This document shows, in pieces, positions 56,643-64,000 of a stretch of 64,000 bases of DNA (position 1 is its first letter; every line of letters starts with the position of its first letter). The notes below the pieces were generated by a model, which worked only from the letters and a program-made list of their open reading frames with translations, did not search any database and was not told where the DNA came from. The translations under genes were made by a program, and so were the position numbers. This DNA is from Ignavibacteriota bacterium (GTDB taxonomy: Bacteria > Bacteroidota > Ignavibacteria > UBA10030 > CAVZMI01): contig CAVZMI010000032.1 of assembly GCA_963776275.1 (NCBI GenBank), positions 41,704 to 105,703 of the forward strand. The letters run 5' to 3'.

Positions 56643-58196
56643 CTATTCCTTTATTTTTATAAACTGGATGGCCTGCGGTAGCCGTTTCTGGATATCGGTC
56701 GCCAATAATCCGATGCCCTTGTTTTCAGCAGCCATATCTCCTGCAAATCCATGAAGAAACACACCGCAGATAGCCGCATCGACGGCGGATGACATTTGAC
56801 CCCAGAGTCCGCCAATTGTTCCTGTGAGCACATCGCCGGCGCCGGCTGTTGCCATCCCCGGATTTCCTGTACTGTTGATGAAGACTTCTCCTTTCTCAGA
56901 TGCAATAATCGTCGGCGCCCCTTTGAGAACGAGCGTTACCTTATACGTTGTAGCAAATTCACGTGCAACATCGATCAGGTGGCAAGGAATGTCTGCCGAT
57001 TCGATTCCGGATAGGCGCGCAAATTCGCCGATGTGAGGTGTGAGAATCGTGTCAGCTTTTTTCTTTTTGAGAATATCTATGTCTGCCGCAAGAGCATTCA
57101 AACCGTCGGCATCGATCAGCATCGGTTTCCCGGAAGAGGCAATAAGATCGAGGATCAGGGAGTCTGTTTCAGGATCGCGGCCAAGTCCCGGACCGATAAT
57201 CAATCGATCCGCCCATTCGATCCTTCTCTGAATTTCGGGCATTGCCTTTTTACCGATCGTAAAAGTATTTGTTTGTGCCAGTGCCAGAGGCATGACTTCA
57301 ACTGATTTTTTTGCCACTGCGTTATACACTCCCTCAGGTACTCCCAGCACCACAGATCCCGCACCGGCCTTTAATGCCGATTCGGATGCCATCTTTGCGG
57401 CACCGGTGAGTCCGCGTGACCCTGCGAGAATAAATATCTTTCCGACCGAATGCTTGTGTGCCCTGCGCTCCCGGTGAGGTAATCGTTTAAGAATGTCTTC
57501 ATGTTCCACAAGGTATGTCGCAATATTCGAAGTCTCATAGACGATGCGCGGTATACTGATCTCGGCAATCACCAGATTGCCGCTCACATCGGGCCCGTCG
57601 TTGATCAGGTGTCCGACTTTCGGCATTCCCATGGTCACGGTATACGAAGCCTGGACAGTCGATGCGCTTGCCATACCGGTTTCACCGTTGAGTCCGGAGG
57701 CGATATCAACGGCAATCACCGGTACACCGAGAGTATTCATCTCGGCGATCGCCGCAGCGTAATTCCCTTGTGTCTCTCCAGAGAAGCCTGTACCAAATAA
57801 TGCATCGATAACCAAATCCGGCGGAGTCAGCGGTTTTGATAGAGAAAATTGTTCGAGAAGGATTCGCGGTTTCTTTCCCTCCGCCTGGATAATCGCTCTG
57901 ACGAACTCGAGGTTTAATTTAGCGTCGCCCGATACATCCCGGCCACAAAAAATAACCTGGATATTCATTCCGAGATTGTACAGATGTCTCGCAACAACAA
58001 ATCCATCTCCCCCATTATTCCCTTTCCCGCAATAGATGCGGGCAGTCTTTCCATCAAGTGGTGAAAAAGAATTCTGGATAAGGCGCGACACCGATCGACC
58101 TGCATTCTCCATCAGGAGCAGACCGGGAATTCCAAATTCAACATTTGCACGTTGATCGCATTCACGCATTTCCTGAGGTGTGGCAACAAGGATCAT
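56643..58196 (-). CDS. nnr: Bifunctional NAD(P)H-hydrate repair enzyme (epimerase + ADP-dependent dehydratase)
   Basis: YjeF_N part (CGKGNNGGDGFVVARHL) and carbohydrate-kinase part (HKHSVGKIFILAGS, TPHIGEFARL, GNPGMATAGAGDVLTG). Confidence 0.92.
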   Translation of the reverse strand: MILVATPQEMRECDQRANVEFGIPGLLLMENAGRSVSRLIQNSFSPLDGKTARIYCGKGNNGGDGFVVARHLYNLGMNIQVIFCGRDVSGDAKLNLEFVRAIIQAEGKKPRILLEQFSLSKPLTPPDLVIDALFGTGFSGETQGNYAAAIAEMNTLGVPVIAVDIASGLNGETGMASASTVQASYTVTMGMPKVGHLINDGPDVSGNLVIAEISIPRIVYETSNIATYLVEHEDILKRLPHRERRAHKHSVGKIFILAGSRGLTGAAKMASESALKAGAGSVVLGVPEGVYNAVAKKSVEVMPLALAQTNTFTIGKKAMPEIQRRIEWADRLIIGPGLGRDPETDSLILDLIASSGKPMLIDADGLNALAADIDILKKKKADTILTPHIGEFARLSGIESADIPCHLIDVAREFATTYKVTLVLKGAPTIIASEKGEVFINSTGNPGMATAGAGDVLTGTIGGLWGQMSSAVDAAICGVFLHGFAGDMAAENKGIGLLATDIQKRLPQAIQFIKIKE

Positions 58197-58203
58197 AGAA
58201 GCC

Positions 58204-59634
58204 TCAAAAGAGTGAACGAGTGAATTGCAGAATTGTCGATGGGAAAAGACCGATCACAACAATGATAATCGCCGATATGAACAGTGCGATTATCCCCGTG
58301 ATAGGGACTTCGATCTCTTCTTTTTTATCAGGATCGTTGAAAAACATCACGACAACGAGACGTAAATAATAGTATACAGATACAAGACTCGCCAGCACAC
58401 CGATAACGGCAAGCCATGTAAAACCGGAGCTTACTGCTGCAGCAAACACATAATACTTGCCGAAGAATCCTGCAAACGGCGGAATTCCGGCAAGAGAGAA
58501 CATGAATAATGCCATCAGTGAGGCAAGAACCGGTTTACGGTGCCAGAGTCCGAGATAATCGTCAAATGTCAGATTCTTATCTTCATCTTTTTCAAGAATC
58601 GACAGAACACCGAACGCTCCCAGGTTCATGAATGAATATGCCACAAGGTAATAAATGACGCCGATCTGGCCGAGAGTGTTTGATGCAGTCACACCCGAGA
58701 GAATATATCCGGCGTGGGCAACGCTTGAATAGGCCAGCATTCGTTTGATGTTTTTTTGAGCAAGGGCGAGAATGTTCCCGACAATCATCGATGCCGCCGA
58801 GAGAATAGCAAAAACCTCGATCAGACGCGGGAGTTTGACCGTTATTGCCTGAGAAAAAAACAATAGAAGCGCAGAAAACGCAGCTGCCTTTGCACCCGTC
58901 GACATAAATCCAGAGACTGGCGTCGGCGCTCCTTCATACACGTCGGGAACCCACATATGGAAAGGAACCGCCGCCACCTTGAACGAAAATCCGATAACCA
59001 GCAGAGAAACTCCTATCCAGAACAGAACCGGCTGTTGAAGCTGTGGCAATCGCTGAACGATGACCGAAAAATTTGTCGTTTCTGTTGCGCCGTAAATCAG
59101 GGCTATTCCATATAAGAGAAAGCCGGTTGCAAACGACCCGAGCAAAAAATATTTCAGAGCGGATTCATTCGATTTTATGCGTTTCCTGAAAAATCCCGCA
59201 AGAACGTAGAGGCATACCGACATCAATTCAATTCCAAGAAATACCATGATCAGGTCGAGCGCCGAGGCCATCATCATCATTCCGGCAGTGGCGAATAAAA
59301 GCAAAGCATAATACTCACCGTAATTGATACCCTCTTTTTCGAGATAGCTCTTTGAGAAAAGGATCGTGGATGCGCATACAATCACAAATAACATATTGAA
59401 AATAGCCGCATATCCCCCGCCGAGGAGCATCCCTTGAAACCCTACGACATGCAATCCTGAAATAGAACCGACGATCCCGGCGGTAATTGCCAATCCCGCC
59501 AGCGACACACCGAAGACAATATTTTCTCCTTTTTTTATTGTACCCTCGATCACCATGACAACAAGGGCAAGGACTGTGATTGCCACGAGCGGGAGCGAAG
59601 CAAGAAAATCGGCTTGTGTAAACATGAGACCCAT
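58204..59634 (-). CDS. nuoN: NADH-quinone oxidoreductase subunit N
   Basis: 476 aa, ~14 TM. Contains KVAAVPFHMWVPDVYEGAPTPVSGFMS and MLAYSSVAHAGY. Confidence 0.92.
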   Translation of the reverse strand: MGLMFTQADFLASLPLVAITVLALVVMVIEGTIKKGENIVFGVSLAGLAITAGIVGSISGLHVVGFQGMLLGGGYAAIFNMLFVIVCASTILFSKSYLEKEGINYGEYYALLLFATAGMMMMASALDLIMVFLGIELMSVCLYVLAGFFRKRIKSNESALKYFLLGSFATGFLLYGIALIYGATETTNFSVIVQRLPQLQQPVLFWIGVSLLVIGFSFKVAAVPFHMWVPDVYEGAPTPVSGFMSTGAKAAAFSALLLFFSQAITVKLPRLIEVFAILSAASMIVGNILALAQKNIKRMLAYSSVAHAGYILSGVTASNTLGQIGVIYYLVAYSFMNLGAFGVLSILEKDEDKNLTFDDYLGLWHRKPVLASLMALFMFSLAGIPPFAGFFGKYYVFAAAVSSGFTWLAVIGVLASLVSVYYYLRLVVVMFFNDPDKKEEIEVPITGIIALFISAIIIVVIGLFPSTILQFTRSLF

Positions 59635-59650
59635 TTAAAATTACTTTCTT

Positions 59651-61087
59651 TTAAAAAGTCGTTTTATATTTCGATTTACGGTTAAACGAATATTTTAACA
59701 ACGGCGGAGTAACCAACGTCGTTATCATCACCATCATTACCACGGCTGAAAATACAGCATCGCTGATGACCGGGATCATTTGCTGGCTTCCATCAGGATG
59801 AACCCAGAGCATCTGCATACTCTTACCTATACCGGCAACAATCAGACCAACCTCGCCGCGCGGGATCATTCCGAATCCTATCGTTAGACGGTCGTAATTT
59901 TTACTGACGCCGAGTCCGCATATCTGCTTGCCGATAATAGCAGCAGCGGTAATAGCAATTCCGACACCCAGAAGATCCGGCTGGAAAAAAGTCGCCAGCT
60001 TTACCTGAATACCCATGAGAACGAAAAAAACAGGAACAAGAAAATGGTAGATTGGCTGAATGAGTTCAACCGTGTGTTTTTCTTCACCATTACCGACAAA
60101 ATGGACATCTTCAAGGACGAGACCCGCTGCAAATGCCCCGACTATAGGTGCAAGTCCGATTAGACTTGCAATCCATGATAGGAAGAAAGCAAAGATTAAA
60201 CTCGTCACCACCTTCATCCCGTCAACCGTCATGAGCGAGATCCAACGCCCTATAATCGGAAATAATTTTGTTCCGAGGACGATTGCGCCGACGAAAAAGA
60301 GGACTGCCTTCAGACTGATGATAAGGATATCTACAAAGGAAAAAGAACCTGTACTCACAATACCGACGACCACTGCGAGCACAATCAAGCCGAGCACATC
60401 ATCGATGACCGCGGCTCCCAGAATGATTTTTGCTTCACCGGTGTGCATTTTGTTCAGGTCTTTCATGACCCGTGCCGTGATCCCGACGGACGTTGCGCAG
60501 AGAACGGCTCCGGTAAATATATGAACGGCATCGGGTTCGGCAGAGAAAAAATACTTGCTGGCAAAAAAACCGAGGATAAATGGCACTATCACTCCAAGCA
60601 TCGCAACGATAAAAGACGGAACGCCGACTTTTTTCATCTCGTGGATATTCGATTCCAAACCGGCCTGGAAAAGAAGAATAATGATACCGATCCGTGCAAT
60701 CTGATCGATCACAACGGCCCATTGCACCGTCAGATGTTCGGTACGAAATGGTGCAAAGAAATTCATGAGACTACTCTCCGGAAAGAGCATCCCGATATTG
60801 CCGAGAATCACGCCGAATAGCAATTCGCCGAGGACAGCCGGTTGATGCAGGCGCTCGGCAAGCTCCCCTCCTACTTTTGCAGCAATAAGAATAATGATCA
60901 GTGCCAGCAAAATCGGTGTTACAGGATCAATATGCGATGTCGGCTGCGACGTGCCCGCGAACTGCGAAGTGCTTCGGTACGCAGTAGTGTCGCTAGCGGC
61001 AGGATTGATGGTATCACCGGCCAATATCGGAAGAGCCGGGAAGCACAGCACAAGCAGACAGATCAATATCAATGCAGCGTTCTTCAT
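59651..61087 (-). CDS. CPA2-type cation:proton antiporter (Na+/H+ exchanger family), embedded in the nuo operon
   Basis: 478 aa. N-terminal signal-like segment plus ~50-aa linker, then LIAAKVGGELAERLHQPAVLGELLFGVILG and ~12 TM. The start codon overlaps the nuoM stop (TAATG). Confidence 0.85.
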   Translation of the reverse strand: MKNAALILICLLVLCFPALPILAGDTINPAASDTTAYRSTSQFAGTSQPTSHIDPVTPILLALIIILIAAKVGGELAERLHQPAVLGELLFGVILGNIGMLFPESSLMNFFAPFRTEHLTVQWAVVIDQIARIGIIILLFQAGLESNIHEMKKVGVPSFIVAMLGVIVPFILGFFASKYFFSAEPDAVHIFTGAVLCATSVGITARVMKDLNKMHTGEAKIILGAAVIDDVLGLIVLAVVVGIVSTGSFSFVDILIISLKAVLFFVGAIVLGTKLFPIIGRWISLMTVDGMKVVTSLIFAFFLSWIASLIGLAPIVGAFAAGLVLEDVHFVGNGEEKHTVELIQPIYHFLVPVFFVLMGIQVKLATFFQPDLLGVGIAITAAAIIGKQICGLGVSKNYDRLTIGFGMIPRGEVGLIVAGIGKSMQMLWVHPDGSQQMIPVISDAVFSAVVMMVMITTLVTPPLLKYSFNRKSKYKTTF

Positions 61088-62665
61088 TATTTTACCGCCT
61101 CAGGAAACGGTTGTTGCTGTGTCGGAGACATAGATGTGATCTTCCCGCTGATCCTTCCCTGCATCTGCTGGACGGTATGTCGCACGGATACCGCAGAGGT
61201 GTTCAAAAATGTCGATGGATATAAACCTATCCAGACGATGAAGAGTACAATAGGCACAAGGACCATAATTTCTCGTTTCGTCAGATCATGAAGCGATTGA
61301 TTAGCCGGATTTGTACATTCACCAAAAAACATCCGTTGATATGCCCACAGCAGATACACCGCCGCAAAAATCACTCCTGTCGCGGCAAAAATTGTGTACC
61401 AGGGACTGTTCAAAAGTGGTGAGCTGAACGACCCCAGAAGAATAAGAAACTCGCCGACAAACCCATTCAGACCGGGAAGTCCGATCGACGAAAGCGAAAC
61501 CAACATAAAGAAGAATGCAAATACAGGCATCACCTTCACAAGTCCGCCAAAGTCGCTGATCATCCGTGTGTGGCGACGATCGTAGATCATCCCGACAAGA
61601 AGGAAGAGTGCGCCTGTAGAAAGACCGTGATTAACCATCTGAATGATGCTCCCCTGTAGACTCACTTCGGTCATCGCGAAAATGCCGAGCACGACAAATC
61701 CGAGATGGCTTACCGATGAATATGCGACGAGTTTCTTGATATCTGTTTGGACCATCGAGACAAGAGCGCCGTAAATTATTCCGATTATTGCCAGAATGCT
61801 TATAAATGGCGCAAGATGAGCCGACGCAATCGGGAAAAACGGTATACAGAAGCGAAGAAGCCCATAAGTCCCCATCTTCAATAGTACGCCGGCAAGGATG
61901 ACGCTCCCGGCGGTTGGAGCCTGGACATGCGCATCCGGCAGCCATGTATGAAACGGGAACAGCGGGGACCTTAATTGCAAAACTCAGCGCAAACGCAAGA
62001 AGCATCCAGGTCTGGATGCCGATTGGGATATTTGGAGCGACGTTCAGAAGTTCAATATAGTCTGTCGTGAAATGCGAGAGCGTGGAGTTTGCCGCCGTAT
62101 AGCCAAGCCATAGAATCGCGACGAGCATCAGCACACTTCCAAACATTGTATAGATGAAAAACTTCACCGCCGCATAAATCCGTTCCTGACCTCCCCACAC
62201 CCCGATTATAAAATACATCGGTATAAGCATTGCTTCCCAAAAGACATAAAAGAGAAACATATCGATCGCACAAAACACGCCGAGCATTCCCACTTCAAGC
62301 AGAAGCATGAAGATTACATATTGTTTAATCTTCTGTGTGATTGAATCCCACGATGCAAGAAGAACAAGCGGTGTAAGAAACGTCGTCAATAGTACAAGCA
62401 ATAATGAAATGCCGTCGATCCCGACGCTGTAGCTGATATTCAATGATGATATCCATGGTACCCGCTTTACAAACTGCATCGCCGCCGTAGCGCTGTCGAA
62501 ACGAAAATACAGGTGGAGCGAGAGGATGAATGTCAGTATCGACACTCCCAGACCGATTGTTTTTATCGCTGTCGTCCGCTCGGGCTTGAGCAGTACAATC
62601 AGCAGCACACCGATCAGCGGTGAAAAGATGACAAGCGTAAGAATTATTTCATTCATTGAATTCAT
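61087..62665 (-). pseudogene. nuoM: NADH-quinone oxidoreductase subunit M, split by a 1-nt frameshift
   Basis: ORF 61631..62725 (..[10 protein letters not shown]) and ORF 61087..61980 (..[34 protein letters not shown]) join to the canonical [15 protein letters not shown] if GGGG 61964-61967 is read as GGG. Confidence 0.9.
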
Positions 62666-62750
62666 GAACCTCTCCAAAGAGGCTGCTAAAAAAAATATTT
62701 TTAGTATTAATGCGTTTTGGCTCAATATCTTTGTACGGCCAAATCACCGG

Positions 62751-62842
62751 ATTCCGACATTCCGCCTCCATCCGCTTCCGGCGCATTTCGGCGGTCTACG
62801 ACCCCTACGGGTCTGTAGACCGTAGGACCTACGGCCCTACAA
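62751..62842. repeat. Palindrome-rich nuoL-nuoM intergenic element related to the dispersed repeat family
   Basis: attccgacattccgcctccatccgcttccggcgcatttcggcgg resembles the attccgccttcacttc..ttcggcgg block of the repeats. Followed by cggtctac..gtagaccg and ccgtagg-a-cctacgg palindromes. Confidence 0.5.
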
Positions 62843-62844
62843 GT

Positions 62845-63999
62845 CTACCTGAACAACATCCATCCCATTACAAGAAGCACTCCGATGACAAAAACAATTG
62901 CATAGAATTGCACAACGCCGGTCTGGATGCGCCTTGCGAACGAACTCAGCGATTGCATCAGTTTTGCCGAACCGTTGACTATGCCATCGATTACACCGAC
63001 ATCAAAACCATTCCAGAGAATTTTTTCGGAGACTTTCACAACCGGAGTAACAACAGCTGCATCATAGATCTCATCAACGAAATATTTCCGCCATAGGAGC
63101 GTATAGATTCCATGAAATTGTTTTGCTATGTTCTCCGCTATATCGTTTCTCCTCAGATACACCATCCGGGCACCGGCTACACCGAGGAGTGCAACGCCGA
63201 CAGAAAGCGCCATGAGAATATATTCGATGATCTGAACACCTTCTGTATATAATCCGAGTTTGACATTTGCTCCTTCGAAAACCGGTTCGAGGAAATGCTC
63301 GATTCTGTTTCCCCCGCCGAGTGCCGCCGGAACACCGATAAAGCCGCCGACAATCGATAGGAGTGCAAGAATAATCAGAGGTATGGTCATTGTCGACGGT
63401 GCTTCGTGGGGATGTATATCATGTTCCCATCGTTTTTCACCGTTGAATGTAAGACTGACGAGCCGGAACATATAGAACGCCGTCAATCCGGCACCGAAAA
63501 CACCCAGCGTCCACAGAAAATACGATTCGTGCGAAAAAGCCCGCCATAATATCTCATCCTTGCTGAAAAATCCCGAGAAGGGTGGAATACCCGCAATCGC
63601 AATTGCACCGATAAGAAAAGTCCAGTACGTCTTCGGCATCAGTTCTTTCAGTCCCCCCATTTTCTGGATATCCTGCTCTTCATGCATCGCATGAATGACC
63701 GCACCGGAACCGAGGAAAAGAAGTGCTTTGAAGAAAGCATGTGTCATGAGATGGAATATTCCGGCGGTGAACGCACCTACTCCAAGCGCGAGAAACATAT
63801 ATCCAAGCTGACTGATCGTCGAATATGCCAGCACTTTCTTAATATCGTTTTGAACAAGTCCGATTGTAGCTGCAAAGATCGCCGTCAATGCTCCGACCAT
63901 CGCGACGACGGTCATTGTCAGGGGCGTAAGCGCATAGAGAAGCGAACAGCGGGCAACCATATAGACACCCGCGGTGACCATTGTCGCGGCATGAATCAA
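62845..63999 (-). CDS. nuoL: NADH-quinone oxidoreductase subunit L (3' part; gene continues beyond window end)
   Basis: Contains IHAATMVTAGVYMVAR and KVLAYSTISQLGYMFLALG, plus a C-terminal lateral-helix region. The frame is open to the window edge. Confidence 0.9.
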   Translation of the reverse strand: MIHAATMVTAGVYMVARCSLLYALTPLTMTVVAMVGALTAIFAATIGLVQNDIKKVLAYSTISQLGYMFLALGVGAFTAGIFHLMTHAFFKALLFLGSGAVIHAMHEEQDIQKMGGLKELMPKTYWTFLIGAIAIAGIPPFSGFFSKDEILWRAFSHESYFLWTLGVFGAGLTAFYMFRLVSLTFNGEKRWEHDIHPHEAPSTMTIPLIILALLSIVGGFIGVPAALGGGNRIEHFLEPVFEGANVKLGLYTEGVQIIEYILMALSVGVALLGVAGARMVYLRRNDIAENIAKQFHGIYTLLWRKYFVDEIYDAAVVTPVVKVSEKILWNGFDVGVIDGIVNGSAKLMQSLSSFARRIQTGVVQFYAIVFVIGVLLVMGWMLFR

Positions 64000-64000
64000 T

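Overview
This 64-kb window looks like a metagenome-type contig from an FCB-group bacterium. Many secreted proteins end in type-A T9SS (Por) C-terminal sorting domains (YPNPFNP...LLK), yet genes carry Shine-Dalgarno-like sites. That combination fits an Ignavibacteriota/Calditrichota-like organism better than Bacteroidia, but the taxon is not resolved.

The window has three parts.

(1) 0-29.6 kb is a glycan-utilisation region without SusC/D. It holds two secreted DUF362-like proteins, GH5, a secreted SMP-30 lactonase, GH26 mannanase, a CE2-type esterase, GH13, a GH31-derived mini-ORF, cellobiose-2-epimerase-like AGE, GH130 mannosylglucose phosphorylase, an SASA-type acetylesterase, GH9, a PD40 propeller, an SDR, an OM barrel and a GPH symporter. 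In its centre sit two tandem paralogous HTCS-like periplasmic sensors (Reg_prop + Y_Y_Y + TM). They lack kinase, receiver and HTH modules and end in a ~55-aa CxxC...HxxCPxC module. I consider this the best candidate for an undescribed signalling system.

(2) 29.7-50.5 kb starts with an envelope operon (GT9, DUF3108, DHS-like, CPBP protease). A co-directional accessory island of unrelated small genes with very heterogeneous GC follows. The island begins with three ~60-bp direct repeats ending in GTTAGCC, each just 5' of an ORF, with GGCTAAC partners after ORFs. This is an integron-cassette/attC-like layout with no integrase in view. The island also contains clusters of (G)TCCCAC-N7-GTGGGA(C) hairpins.

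(3) 50.6-64 kb is core genome: greA, ribBA, yajC, tgt, a YidE/YbjL transporter, VanZ, nnr and nuoL-M-N. A CPA2 cation/proton antiporter gene is inserted between nuoM and nuoN.

A ~200-bp structured repeat family occurs at several intergenic sites. At least seven 1-nt frame disruptions at short G/C runs, including one in nuoM, and one in-frame TGA are visible. The frame disruptions are most simply explained as homopolymer consensus errors. No rRNA, tRNA or CRISPR array was recognised. All family assignments are from motif recognition by eye; no searches were run.
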